Below are positions 41,925 through 55,177 of a stretch of 64,000 nt of DNA, piece after piece (position 1 is the stretch's first letter; each line of letters begins with the position of its first letter). The notes below the pieces were generated by a model that was not told the origin of the DNA, did not search any database, and was given only the letters and a program-made list of their open reading frames with translations. A program made the position numbers and the translations under genes. Source of the DNA: a virus; IMG/VR virus record IMGVR_UViG_3300025647_000026, positions 13,879 to 77,878 of that record. One strand, written 5' to 3'.

Positions 41925-42632
41925 ATGACACAGAATACAACACAAAATACAACACAAAATACTAATAAGTATGTTAGTTATTTTAGGGTTTCGACCCAAG
42001 AACAAGGAAGAAGTGGTCTAGGACTTGAGGCTCAAGAACAAATGGTAAAAAGAATTACCGACAATGGTATAGTTCTATCTACTTTTACTGAAATAGAATC
42101 AGGTAAAAAGGCAAATAGACCTAAGTTACTAGAAGCTATTGCCTTGTGTAAAGCAAATAATGCTACCCTTATTGTTGCTAAATTAGACAGGTTATCTCGT
42201 AACGTACACTTCATTAGTACACTTATGGAAAGCAAGGTTAAGTTTATTTGTAGTGATATGCCAGAGTGTGATAGCTTCACTATAAATTTATTTGCAGCTA
42301 TGGCACAGAGAGAAAGAGAAATGATTTCCGAAAGAACCTCTAAAGCATTACAAGTAATAAAAGCTAGAATAGCAGCAGATGGCGAATACACTACTAAAGC
42401 AGGTAAAATAATATCTACACTAGGTAATGGCACATTACAAAATAAAGAAACCGCCAAAAAACAAATGGCTTACGTAGCATCTCATAGGGTATACGAAAAG
42501 AAATCAAACATAGGGTTTACTCTTGTCCAATCGCTTTCTCAAAACGGTATTCCTAAAAAAGAAATCAAACAAAGACTTGCCGATAACGGTATCATCGTAT
42601 CATTACAAACAGTATACAAATACGCAAAATAA
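41925..42632 (+). CDS. Small serine recombinase (resolvase/invertase family)
   Basis: YFRVSTQEQ catalytic Ser, SG...RP, AKLDRLSR, EREMISERT; C-terminal HTH-like; 12-bp tandem repeats at 5' end. Confidence 0.9.
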   Translation: MTQNTTQNTTQNTNKYVSYFRVSTQEQGRSGLGLEAQEQMVKRITDNGIVLSTFTEIESGKKANRPKLLEAIALCKANNATLIVAKLDRLSRNVHFISTLMESKVKFICSDMPECDSFTINLFAAMAQREREMISERTSKALQVIKARIAADGEYTTKAGKIISTLGNGTLQNKETAKKQMAYVASHRVYEKKSNIGFTLVQSLSQNGIPKKEIKQRLADNGIIVSLQTVYKYAK

Positions 42633-42788
42633 AATGAAAACAGTAATAAAAGTAATAGTAACCTTGTCAATTCTTTGGTTTTTATTTTTAGCCACTGATT
42701 CCTTAGCTAACGGGAATCATCAAGATGTATTTAACTATGCAATTTTAGCAATTTTAACAAATATTCAATATTTACTAATAACAAAAAA

Positions 42789-43865
42789 ATGAAAACAGAA
42801 AATTTAGAACAAGCTGCTGAAAACTATGCAGAAAAATGGAATGATTTAGAAAATCAATTTAAGCTAAGCAGTTGTTTTATTGCAGGTGCTAAATTCCAGC
42901 AAGAACAAGATAAAAAATGTTACCATCCAATGACAGAAAGGAAACACACATCAGATGTCCATTTTGAATGTACTATTTGTGGATATAATAATTATTAACC
43001 TATAACAACATTAAGAAGAAATAAAATGAAAAAAGAAACAATTGAACAAGCTGCTGAAAAATATGCAGAATCTACTCCAGATAACGACCCTGTAAGAATT
43101 AATTCATTTATTGCAGGTGCTAAATTCCAACAAGAAAGAATGCTTGAAACTATGGACGCATTTACCGAAGATGTTATGGGTGGCTGTAATTTACGAGCGA
43201 AAGAATGGTTAGAAACTTTTAACAAATAAAAATAAATAATATGGTAAGAACAATCAGAGAATGGGAAACAGTGTATTTCCAAGCAGTAAAAAAAGGTTAC
43301 AACTCAGTAACTATTGAGTTAAGTTTTAACCACAAAACAAATAAATACACACTATGTACGGCAAACGAAGAGAGTGTATCATTTAAAGATGATTCTATTC
43401 AAACTTCTAGAATGAAAATAGAAGCAATCACAGCAGCAATTAAATATGTAGATAATATCATTAATAAAAAGAAATAAAATTATGAACCAAGAAACACTTG
43501 AACAAGCTGCTGAAAGATTATATCCTAAATCTTCAATACCAAGAAAACTTTTTACTAAATGTGCGAAATGGCAGCAAGAAACACATCTGGATATTAAAGA
43601 TAACAAAATAGAATTATTAGAGGAAGATTTAGAATGTATTAGGATGTATCTAAATGATTTAAAAATACCTAGAACTGATAAAGATGATAAAGAGTATTCT
43701 ATTGTTGGAAGGATTAAATGGCAAACAGAAAGAAGTTATAGTGAGGAAGAAGTTTTAGAAATATTATTAAAACATCAATCTGATTATAGAAGTGCTGTAA
43801 GAAATACATCTCCTTTAAATTGGAGTTTTGATATTAATAAATGGTTTGAAACTTTTAAAAAATAA
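42789..43865 (+). repeat. Three paralogous EQAAE...AK(F/W)QQE genes with shared DNA blocks
   Basis: gaacaagctgctgaaa at ~42807, ~43044, ~43500; tttattgcaggtgctaaattcca in two copies. Confidence 0.75.
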
Positions 43866-44853
43866 TAAAATGAAAACAGCAAAAGAAAAAGCAGCGGAAT
43901 TAGTAGAGTCAAATTTAAAAGTTTTGTGTAGCAATCCTGCTGAATATGAACTTGAATTTTTTAAAAGCAGAGCAAAACAATGCGCAATTAATACAGTTGA
44001 CGAAATTATTAATACTTTGATTATTGAACCTATTAGAGTTAATAATAAATATCAAACACCAAATTATTGGCAAGAAGTAAAAGAGGAAATAAATAAATTA
44101 TGAATTATAAAATAAAAATAACCGAAGAGAACCAAGCAATTGTAAAGAGAATTGCAGACGAGAATGGAATGAATCCGAATTTATTTGATTTCAATCCAGA
44201 ATCTGTTTGCTACGAAATAATGGAAGAAAAATTCGTGTATCTTGGAACAATTTTAAATAGTGAATTTCGTATTTTAACAACTGAAAAATTTATTGAAATG
44301 TTTGATAAGAAGCAAAGCGAATGGAAGCCAAAAAGAGGTGAAAGAGTGTTAGTGTGGGATGAAAATGATGACCCCGTAGAACGGTTTTTTATAGATAAAA
44401 TAGATAATTGCCTTGACGGTATAATAATAGTACAACTAGAATACGAAAAAACTTTTTTAAATGGCAATGAGTTTAGGTGCGCAACTTACGAGTACATGAA
44501 ACAAATACCAAAACCAGAAGCAATAGTTGAAACTGATTTTAAAACGAAGGTTGTTGAATTAATTGAAAAAAGAATTGAAATACATAATAAACAAATAGAC
44601 GACTGCTATAAGGGGAAAGTAGCATATACAGCTTTAAATCTTGAAATATGCAAGGGGGAATTAGAAGATATTTTAGAACGAATAAAAGAACTATAACGAG
44701 CGAATAGTTATAGATAACGCCCTTGCGTTAGATAGAATCTATTCCTCCATAAAAGAAAAGGGAACTAGCTAACAACTACTTCCCTTTTATTGTTTATTAA
44801 TATTAAAGTTAAAATATTGTTGTAAATCTTAATAAAAACATTATATTTGCAAC

Positions 44854-45618
44854 ATGATACAAGTAGATGCTAACAACCAAGTAGAGGGAAGAGAACTACA
44901 TAAAGAAGTAGAAGTAAAAACAAGATACAGAGAATGGGTAAGAAGATGTATAGATTATGCCGACTTAATAGAAGGTAAAGACTATTGTTACGAACTGTGC
45001 GCTGGGAATAGAGGTGGTTCACCTGCTGTTAACCACACCTTTACATTAGACGCAGCAAAAGAAATATGTATAGTATCAGCTACTCCAAAAGCAAAAGAAC
45101 TAAGAAGGTGGCTAATAAACCTATCTAACAAAGTAGAAAACGGAGAACTATTCTCTCCAGAACAAATAATCTACATGACTAAACTCAAAGAAGTATTCAA
45201 ATACATTGACCTATGTAGAGAGCAAGAGAAAAACCATTTAGAAACATTCAAAACAAATAACCCTAAATCTTACAACATATACGCAGAGTTTCATACTATG
45301 AGAAATAATGCCTTAAACATACACCCTAACACAATAGACCAACGTATCAAAGAATGGTGTATAGAAAACAATAAAGCTACAACTAAAAGTAATATGTCTA
45401 AAACAGACAAACTACTACTATTAGACAAGTATGAAGTGCTTAGAAACGGTGTATGGGATTTCCTTAAAGCAAAGGAATCTAAATGGGCAGATAACGTAGC
45501 AAACCTCGTAAAAGCAATGGCTAAAACAGAAAGTATAGAAATGTATCGCAATAACAATGATTCGCTATTCCGTTCACAGCAAGTATTGCCCAATGTAAGT
45601 ACTAACATATTAAGCTAA
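44854..45618 (+). CDS. AntA/AntB antirepressor-like protein
   Basis: VEGRELHKEVEVKTRYREWVRR...EGKDY...TLDAAKEI...RRWLI. Confidence 0.8.
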   Translation: MIQVDANNQVEGRELHKEVEVKTRYREWVRRCIDYADLIEGKDYCYELCAGNRGGSPAVNHTFTLDAAKEICIVSATPKAKELRRWLINLSNKVENGELFSPEQIIYMTKLKEVFKYIDLCREQEKNHLETFKTNNPKSYNIYAEFHTMRNNALNIHPNTIDQRIKEWCIENNKATTKSNMSKTDKLLLLDKYEVLRNGVWDFLKAKESKWADNVANLVKAMAKTESIEMYRNNNDSLFRSQQVLPNVSTNILS

Positions 45619-46198
45619 GGAGATGGTTGGAGAGGATTGTGTTCAGAGAGGGGTGTTAAACGATGGTGATGTTAGAAAAAATATATGGGAGTATAAGTCA
45701 ATAGTCATACGCACTCATTTGACTTCTGCGCTCCTACAAAAAAACACCCGCACCCCTTATAAACCACTGCACACCAATTTTTTAAATATATATGTAAGCA
45801 ACAACAAGCATATAAATTTATTAAAATTAAAATATAAAAATCTATCATTCAACATTTTAAACCATGCTAAACGTTCAATGTACAAGGTTTAAGGCTTACA
45901 CTGTTAGCATTAAAATAAACCTTGTAAAACCCAACAAATAGGCTTAATGAATACCAATACATTACAAAAACAATGCAAAAATATAACTGCTTAATAATCA
46001 AATGCAAAGGCAACTTCACTCACGGGCTGAAGACAACTTTCCCAAGGGGTAAATTTTTAGGGGTTATTTTTAACAGTTTTCAATGTAAAAATGAATAATC
46101 ACCTCCATAAATAACAGTTCAAACCTCCAATTTTCATAGTACTATATTATTACCTACTTTTAAGCCTATCTAATTAACTAACTAATTAACTTCAATCA

Positions 46199-46450
46199 AT
46201 GGATAAAAAACAACAAATAAACTACTCAAATCAAATATTTGCCTTATTCGTTCAAGACTTATGCAATACTAATAATATTACTATCTATAAACTAGCTAAG
46301 GAAACTAAAATTAACAAATCTTTTTTTTACAATAAAATAAATAACTACTCTTTGCATTACGTTACTTTGCCAACTATCATAATAATCTGTAATACTTTTA
46401 ATTTTGCTTTTGACATACCTAAATATATTAAACAACTCGAATCAAAATAG
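46199..46450 (+). CDS. XRE-like HTH regulator
   Basis: ITIYKLAKETKINKS...TLPTIIIICNTF. Confidence 0.55.
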   Translation: MDKKQQINYSNQIFALFVQDLCNTNNITIYKLAKETKINKSFFYNKINNYSLHYVTLPTIIIICNTFNFAFDIPKYIKQLESK

Positions 46451-46729
46451 TTTCTTTCCTCCTTACATTCTTTGTCTTTTGCCCTATCATTTTTATATAA
46501 CATGTAGTTTCTTTTTTGTGGTTTATTTTCTTTATTTTAAAAACAAAATAAAGCCAAATAAACACACGTTTTAGCATAGAATCATTCTAAATAACATTTA
46601 TTTTAAGCCTTTTTGCATTTTAATTGATTGATTACTAACCATTAATTCATTTTAATTCTATTTATATTGTAGTTTAATACGCTTGGTTGTTCCTTTGCCT
46701 CATCAAATAACAACTAAACAAATTTAATT

Positions 46730-49700
46730 ATGAAAACATTACAACAACAATTTAATGAAATTACTTTATTAAGATTATTCGAGATTGAAGTAATAAACAA
46801 AAATACTTTTGAAACTGACTATATTATTTTCAATATTGAACTAGATAATAATTGCCTTATTGCTACTCATGAAAGTTTGACAATTGAGCAACAAAATAGC
46901 AATAAAATTGCTTTTGTTTCAATTGAGTTAGATGGTTGTTTTTCACTAGATGAAAATTTACAAGGTTTGCACGGTGAATGTATAGATGCAATTTTAAATA
47001 GTGACTTTTTTGAACTAGCTAAATAAACAAAATTATGAAAAACTTATTATTTACAATTCTTTATTTGGGCTTCATTTTAGCTATTATTTCAATCGCAACA
47101 ACTAATATATATTTATTAGGATTGTCGGAGCTAATTTGTTTCCCGATAATAATCAGATTATTATTTTTAAACTTCAAAAATAAAGTTTAACTAACAAATA
47201 ATTTTAACTAAATTTCATTTTAATAACTTAGCTGTAATATTGCAGCATTCAATTAACAAATTAAAAACACAAATCAAAATTATGAATTATTCAAACGTAA
47301 ATTTAAAAAGACCTTACGAGGCAAATCAAAACATTTTAGACTCAATTAATTTTGATGTTTTATTGTTAGAAATATCTTGCAATTTACCAATAATTAACAA
47401 AGAAACAATAAGAAAGCAGTTTGAAACAAGTTTAAACGCTAAAATTAACGAGGCGAAACAAGTTTTTAATGATAATTTAGAAAACATTTTAACTGAGGCT
47501 TTAGAGTATCAAAATATGAAATAAATAAGAGTTTAACTGACGAGAATTTAATATTCGAAACAAGGTTTAAAAGCCTTGTATTAAACAAATTAAAAAACAA
47601 AATTATGAATACAATTGAAAACAAAAAAGCTAAAAAATGGGATTACTCAAAAGTAATACAACAAAATTGTTGTTATGGTTGGGAAGATGTAAGCACATAC
47701 GAAACAAACAGCCAATTTTTAAACTTTCAAAAAAGCGGAGTTTTTAAAGAAAATAGCAAAGGGAAAAATTTTGAAGTATCTTTAATTAATCATGATTTTG
47801 CGGAGTATGCTCGTATGGGTTACGCTGTAAGAATAATAAAAAGAAAAACACTAAATAAAGGAGAATAAAAAAATGGATATTCAAGACTTAAAAACAGCTA
47901 AAGAACAAAAAGTTAGTTTATTGTTAAAAGATTGTAAAGTATTTTTTGCTTTCAGTAATCAACAATTTGAAGAAAATAAAACACCTTTAGAGGAGGGAGA
48001 AAAATATGTTTCTATTGGTGCGGGTGGATATATGCCAAAAAGCCAAAAAGAAAATTTTAATAATGGTATGGATTTAATACATAATTGGTATAAAGGCGAA
48101 ACGAAAAACAATAAATTAAGAAAGGAAAATATACTGTATGAGTTAAATAATCATGAAGCCTTTTATACAATGAGTATTGATACTACATTGGAAGTTTTAG
48201 GAAGCGAATATACAAGAAAAGAGGTTTTCAGCGTATATTCTAGGGAGTTAAAAAAATTAATTAAGGCGGATAAAATATAAAATTATGAAAAACGAAATTT
48301 ATAAAAACTGCAAAAGTATTTTAATTGATACAGCTAAAGAAGCCAAAAGGCACAATAAAACAGATAAGCCTTATATAAGACAATGTATAAACGAACAAGC
48401 CGACCAATTGCACCGACAAATTGATTTTCACGAAATAAAGGAAACAATAAGCCAAAAGCAAGCAAATTTATATAAATTATGGATTACTAATTTAGCTTGT
48501 AATTTACACCCCTAAAAATTAAACCAATGAAAACAATAATTAAAATCTTCCTTTCAATAGGTGAATTTATAGGCATTGCAATTTTATTATTTGGCTTAAT
48601 TATACTAATTGAATTACTTTAAAGCCTTATAACGTGGCTTAATAGCTTGAAAATAAAGCTATGTAAATATTGAATATTTGCCACGTTCAAACACAAAAAA
48701 ACAACAAATAAAATATGAATATTCGCACAAAGAGACCCATAAATACAGTTAGAATAGTTAAAATTAGTTGCACTAATGAAATAGGGCAAACCAATCAAAC
48801 TTTTACAGTGGATGAAAATAGTAAACAAAACAGCCCTAGTTTTGATAGTTATAATAATTTTATTGATTGGAAAAACAAACTTATTAATTATGCTTTTCGC
48901 ACTGATTTAGAATATACTAAACAAAACTATACTTCACCTTGTAACTAAATTAACCATGCAAAATTTAACCGATAAACAACTTCTTGATATGTGTGTAAAT
49001 TACATGTACACGCCTCAAGGCTTATTAATTAGCTGTATTGCATTTATGATTTTAATTGGATTAATAGGCTTAACAATTGGATTGTTTCGCACAATTGCGC
49101 TAATTAAAACAGACTGCGAGGAAATTTTAAAAGATAAATAAACATACAATTTTAAACAAATAAGGAACACAATAAAATTATGGAAACTTTACAGCAAACA
49201 AGCTTTAATTTAAGAAATGCAGCTATTCAAAATATTACAGACTACTGTAATAAAAACAATTGTATGGAGCAATTTAATTCAATCAAAAAAGAGTTAATTT
49301 TACAAGCGGAAAAAGATAATAATGAATTGATACCAATTGAATTTTACAGAAAATTTTATAATTTATCAATTGAATTTCTAAAATAAGGAACAAATAAATT
49401 TAACTTTAAAGTATTGTAAAATAACTATTTACCTACATTAAGGAACAAACAAACTAAAATAAGGAATATAAAAAAACATCAAAACATCATGAATAAAGAA
49501 AATTATTTTATAGTATATTGGTTTGGCAGCCCAATATTTCAAACAAAAGACGAATTAACTGCTTATGCTTATGCAAATACATATAACACAGCAATTGTAA
49601 AAAAATCAAATAAATCATTATTATAACATCATGCAAGCAATATATTTCAAAGGCACAATAATAGCTATATCCACAGCAGACAAAAATACAAGAGTAATTT

Positions 49701-52700
49701 TAAAACAACATAGCTGCGAAAGGTTGCAGCCAGCAGACTTTGCAGATTTATTTGTGAGCGGGCAAACTTATAAACTAAAAGATAATTATACAGTTAAACC
49801 AATTTATTTAAATCAAATATTTTAAACATACAAACACAAACAAAATGAAATTAACATACGTTTTAAAAGAAAATGTACTTTCTGATAATATTTTAGAAGT
49901 GCCCGAAAAAGGTTATATTTTCAAAGGTGGGATTATAGCAGTTTTAAAAGAATATAGTTTTCAAAATGAATGGAGCGATAAGCTAACAACTAAAAAATTT
50001 AAAAAGCAAAGTAGTTTATTTGAATACTTAAATAAAAACTATCAAAATTTAGATTTAGATTTTACAAACACAATTTTAACCAATTAAAAACTCGAACAAT
50101 TTAAAAACACAAAACAAAATTATGAAATTAACAGTAATTAAAAGCACAGAGTACAAATACAATCAACCTTCAGTATTTGCAATTGTAAACAAGCAATATG
50201 CAGGATGCTTAATTTATCCACAAATTAGAAATTATCCACCAATTGAATATTGGATTAACGCAACATCTTCAGACAGTGACAGAGGATTTACATTAAAAGA
50301 AAAAGATTTTAATGAAGTAGAAATATTGCAAATAGAAAGTTTGCAGACTGCAATTAATGGATTAAAAAAATTAATCCCCAATCAACCGTACATAGCTTTT
50401 AATCATAGAAATTTTAAAATAAAAAGAGGTGTAAATTATGAAATTTGGGCAAAAAAAGAAGCTGAAAATACTAATTTGATTAACAATTGGTTTGAAAGTA
50501 CTAAAATATTTGATGCAGCATTAACAAAAGCAATGCAAGATTTAAGAAACATTTTAAACAAATAAAGCAAATGAACAGCCAACAATTAAAACTAGCAAGT
50601 GAAATTTTAAAAGCACAATATCCACAGCCTTTAATTAATAGAACTGTGGATGCTAACAAAGGCTTGCAGCCTATTGAAAGACAAATATTGTTTGAAACAG
50701 ATAGAATGCTAGTTAAAAGATTACAGCAATTTAATGAAAGATTTTAAACATACGATAACAAACAAATTTAAAAACACAAAAAATTATGCAAAAAATAATA
50801 GTAAATAATTGGAAAGAAGTACCTTTTATAGATATGCAAATAAGAAATTTTACAATACCAAATGAAGCATTTAAATATGCAGAACACGAATATTTCCCAT
50901 ACGGCTATAATCTTGCATATTTTAGTACAGACATTAATACATTATTTTTAACCAAAAACTAAAAAATATTAAACAAAATTATGAACACTAAAAAAAATAG
51001 ACAATTATTTGTCAAATTAATGAATGCAGAACTAAGCAAAATTGCTTACAAAAATACTTCTGAAAATGAATATTTAATAAATACTATTCACGGAGATTTA
51101 AGAGTGCATTTAAGGGAAGAAGACGACCAAAAAAACTATTATTGCTTACATTCGCAATTTAAAGAATCAACCACAGAGGAAATGCAAAAAATAGGTATTG
51201 GGCAATGGAGCGGGAAATGGAACTTTTACCAACAAGAACAGAATCCAAAAGATGCAGCCAACTACATTATGGAACAGATACAAAACATATTAATTAAAAA
51301 CTAAAAAACACAAATTATGGAAACAAAATATTCTATTATCAAAACAAAAATGGGGTCTACAAGTATGAATCGAGCATGGAGTAAACATAAAAGCAAAAAA
51401 AGTGTTTTAAATGAACTTGAAAACCTAAAATTTTCATGGTTAAAAAATGGCGGTCAAATTGATTACTTTAATAAATCAAAGTTTACTTTGGTTGTTTCGG
51501 AGTCAGACGAAAGCGCAGAATATAAATTTCAAATTTCAGAAAATTAAATAATTAAACAATCAATCACAATTAAATTAAACGATAAATAAAAAACACAAAA
51601 CAAATTATGACATTCAAAGTAACAGCAACAAAGAAAAACAGCTATCAAAGGGTTATGATAAGCAAAGAGTTTGACGCAAAAAGTCAAGCAAAAATATTTG
51701 TAGCCAATTTTAAAGGAGCATTTATAAACCTAGAAATTGAAGAGTTTAAAAGCCTTAGCGAAGCGGTAGCAGAACTATTAAACGAACATGACGAAACAGA
51801 TATTTTGTTTGAAATGTACGAGCAAATAAGGAACAGCACAATAAAAGATGCTAAAGGGAATGGATTTACAGCCGATTTTAACGAAGCGCAAATATTTAAC
51901 CTTAACTGCGAGGGTTTTGTAGTAGTTAAAGCAGATACCCAAAAAGAGCAAATGGCTTTAACAGAACTATTGCAAACAGTAATTACGGGACATAACGACC
52001 AACAATCTAAATTATTTTTTAACCAAAACTAAAAAACACAATAAAAAATTATGAAAACAATTAAAGCAGTAACAGATTTTGGCATTATAGATGTTAAAAC
52101 AATAGGCAAGAAGAAACAAATTCTGGGGCATGATTGGATTATAGTAAATTATCCTTACAGGTACTTAAACAGAGAAGAGCCTTTAATGATAAGAAAGGTA
52201 ATGAATTACAATGTAGGAATGTGCCTCCCTTTGTACAATATGCAAAAAAATGCTACTCAAAAAGATTATTTCGAAAAAGCAGAAGAGTTTCTTTATACTA
52301 TTGGATTAGAAGAAATAAAAAAAGAATTTACTAAACATACAATTTTAAACTAATTTAAAAACACAAAAAAATATTATGCAAACAGAATTAGAATCATTAA
52401 CAAATGCTGCGAATAGCAACAAAATAGTAACCTTAACAGTACACGAGTATTTAACAGATGATAAGCGAAAAAAAGTTAAACATTATTTTTTAAATGCTTT
52501 TGGAAGAGGAACAGTCAGCCCTAAATTAGATTACGAAAATATGAATCATTTTATTTTAGGTTTTAATAATGCTTGTAAAATTTTAAACCCTCAAACAACT
52601 AACTAACATGAAAAAATTAAACACAGTAAACGTAAAGTTTGAAGATGCTCAAAACAATTATAGCACAAATGTAAGCGGGGATGTAAACGAAGATGAGGTT

Positions 52701-54580
52701 AAACGATACTTCATTGGTACATATTTTAATTGTGGAGCATATCCAGACGAATTAATGTATAAATGTATTGACGTAGAATTTATTGATAACAATTCAAAGG
52801 CACAGTAAAATGAACAGCCACCAAAAAGCAAATATAGTGGACTGCTTTAAACATAATCAGCAGTTAAAAGAAGATTTGCAAGAACCAACAATTAAAGCAG
52901 TTAGTTTGTTAAGCAAGCTAACTGCAATAAAACAATCAACAATTATTAATCATATAAAAACAGTACAGAAATTATGAAATTAACCAATGGACAATTAGCT
53001 ACAGAACTACATAATAAAGTAACTAAGCTAACAGCACAGCAGCGCAGAACTGTTATTAAAATATTAGAGTATCACCATGCCGAAAGGATTAAGGCAGCCG
53101 AAAGCATAAGCAAAATGCTTCGAATAACGCCAGAAGAAACTTACACAGTAGTAGAAATTATTATGGATGGCAAACTTATAAATCCTTTAAACATACAAGC
53201 TCAAACACTTTAAAAACATGAGTAGAAGTAAAAATTTTTTAAGCGAAGCATTAATGTATGCTGAAATGAATAGTATGATGTCATACAATAGTTCACGAGT
53301 TTATAGTAAAACAATATTAACAAAAAAGCAGAAGAAAGCAAGAGCAAAAAGTAAAGCAGCTAAAAAACACAGCAAATAATGAAACAAATAACCATAACCG
53401 AAAAGCAAAGGCAATTACTTTGTGCTATGAGTATAAAATACCTTAACAATTGCAAGGCACAACTAAAAAAGTTAGAGCGAAGCAAAAATACTAGGCTGAA
53501 ACCTATACATTTGCAAGAGCGCAGAGAAAACATTCAGGAAATAGAACATTTATTTATTAATCAACTATGAAACATGATAATTATGAAAAGAGCAAATTAT
53601 TTATACACCATTGAAAGACTTGGTGTTAAAAAAACAGTAGTAGATACACATTCCCATCCATTAATTTTTTTGGCTATTCAAAAAGAATTAGGTTATGACA
53701 CTGTATTGTTATTTGTAATGGAGATTACCGAAGATGAATGCGAATATCATTTAAACAATTTAAAAGCACAATAATATGAACAATCAAAAAACAGACTTCG
53801 AAGTAGAGATTGAACAAGTAAAAACAGACTTAGCAGACCTGCAAAAAGAGGTTGCAATTACGGAAGCAGTATTAACCGAAAAAAGAAAGCACATAGAAAC
53901 GCTCCAATTTTTCCTAGACACAATTGACAGATGAGAACATTCGGAGAAGCACTAGACAAGGCAACTATATTGTTTAATAAAACAAACAAAAAACAGTATA
54001 TCATTTACAACCATGTCAAAAATTCGTATCGAATTAGCACAAGTATTAAGTATAGTAATAATGAAGAGTTAGCTAATTTTGTAGGATAATCAATGAAACA
54101 TAACATCTCTCAGCTAATAATTAGAAGCATAATACTAATTTACTTTTACCTAATAGTAATTAATTAATTATGTATGCACTCGTAAAAGAAAACAAAACTC
54201 ACTTTCGCATGATTAACTCGTTCCAGTTAAGAACGAGGAAAGCAGCAAATGAGTTAAAACATACGTACTCAAACAGTTTAGAATTAAAAATAATAAAGCT
54301 AGACAAAAACCCTTACCCACTAGGAGTAATAACAATTAGCAATTTAAAAGCACCAATTAAAAATTTCATTCAAGAATATAAACCAAAACCAAGTAAAATG
54401 AACGTAAAAATAGAAGTAATTAGCGGTTCAAGCAAAGTAAAAGTAAAAAGAACCGATGGCAGCGAAAGCATACTGTGCCGAGATTTGCAACATGCAGTTA
54501 ACCATTGTAACGAACAAGACCTAACAGTAGTAAACAAAGACCAAATAGCAACATGGTTTAGCAAACAATTAAAGAAATAG
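46730..54580 (+). other. Probable early region: >25 small hypothetical genes
   Basis: Co-directional tiny ORFs, very A-rich, stereotyped aaaac(ac)aaaattATG starts. Confidence 0.7.
47531..47586 (+). ncRNA. Type I hammerhead ribozyme
   Basis: gtttaa-CTGACGA-gaat(ttaat)attc-GAAA-caagg(tttaaaag)ccttg-TA-ttaaac: full core, three stems, GUA cleavage after 47580. Confidence 0.9.
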
Positions 54581-54730
54581 GATTATGAACTACTTAAAAA
54601 CACAACTAGCGCACCTAACACCAATAGTACTTCCACTAATAGGTTTATTTACATTATGGATAGGGTTACTATTAGTAGCAGTAGTAGCAATAAGGAATAA
54701 CGAAAGTTTAAAATAGCTAAATTAATAAAG

Positions 54731-54766
54731 TTTAATTAGGAATAAAGTAAACAAATGTTAGTTTTG
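54731..54766 (+). promoter_or_regulatory. TTTAATTAG-N19-TAGTTTTG promoter reading into cassette array
   Basis: Same motif and spacing as seven other sites in the window. Confidence 0.75.
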
Positions 54767-54770
54767 TTAC

Positions 54771-54856
54771 GCATAACGTTTTGCAGATAAGCGAAGGCAC
54801 AAATAGCGTTGGCATTGTGCGGTGGAATTTGGGCTTTTGCTTATGTGCTGTTATAA
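54771..54856. repeat. attC-like site 1
   Basis: GCATAAC-gtttt-gcagataagcgaaggcacaaat...atttgggcttttgcttatgtgc-t-GTTATAA. Confidence 0.8.
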
Positions 54857-54895
54857 CCAGTGCTTTTGATTAATTAACTTATAAAAAATAACAAT

Positions 54896-55171
54896 ATGGA
54901 ATACCAAAAATACATTGATTTAGGATTTGAAAGAACCGGTATGAGTTGTAAAGTCGAGTTTAAACAAACAGGCTATCACGGATTTGCTTTAGAGAAAAAA
55001 GTAAATAAAAAACAAATGGTTTGCGTAACGAGTGGCGAACTTGATAAACCCAAACTATACATCAAGAAAAGGAATAGCGAAACATATCACATCATACCAA
55101 TTTCAATAGAAGCGGTCATTGATTTGTTCAGCAAGTCCGAGAATGTTGATTATGTGACTACTGCTTGTTAG
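54896..55171 (+). CDS. Cassette-borne hypothetical protein
   Basis: Stop codon abuts cassette end repeat. Confidence 0.75.
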   Translation: MEYQKYIDLGFERTGMSCKVEFKQTGYHGFALEKKVNKKQMVCVTSGELDKPKLYIKKRNSETYHIIPISIEAVIDLFSKSENVDYVTTAC

Positions 55172-55177
55172 CATTGG

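Noticed and set aside
42996-43010. acctataac just after a stop codon (R''-like)
   Set aside because: No complementary gttatagg upstream and no hairpin.
44691-44730. CTATAAC...GTTATAG mini-palindrome resembling attC
   Set aside because: Only 9 nt between boxes, no internal stem and no matching cassette end; probably an ordinary 3' hairpin.
45623-45892. 89-aa ORF
   Set aside because: Spans the G-rich/C-rich switch region with atypical composition; more likely non-coding.
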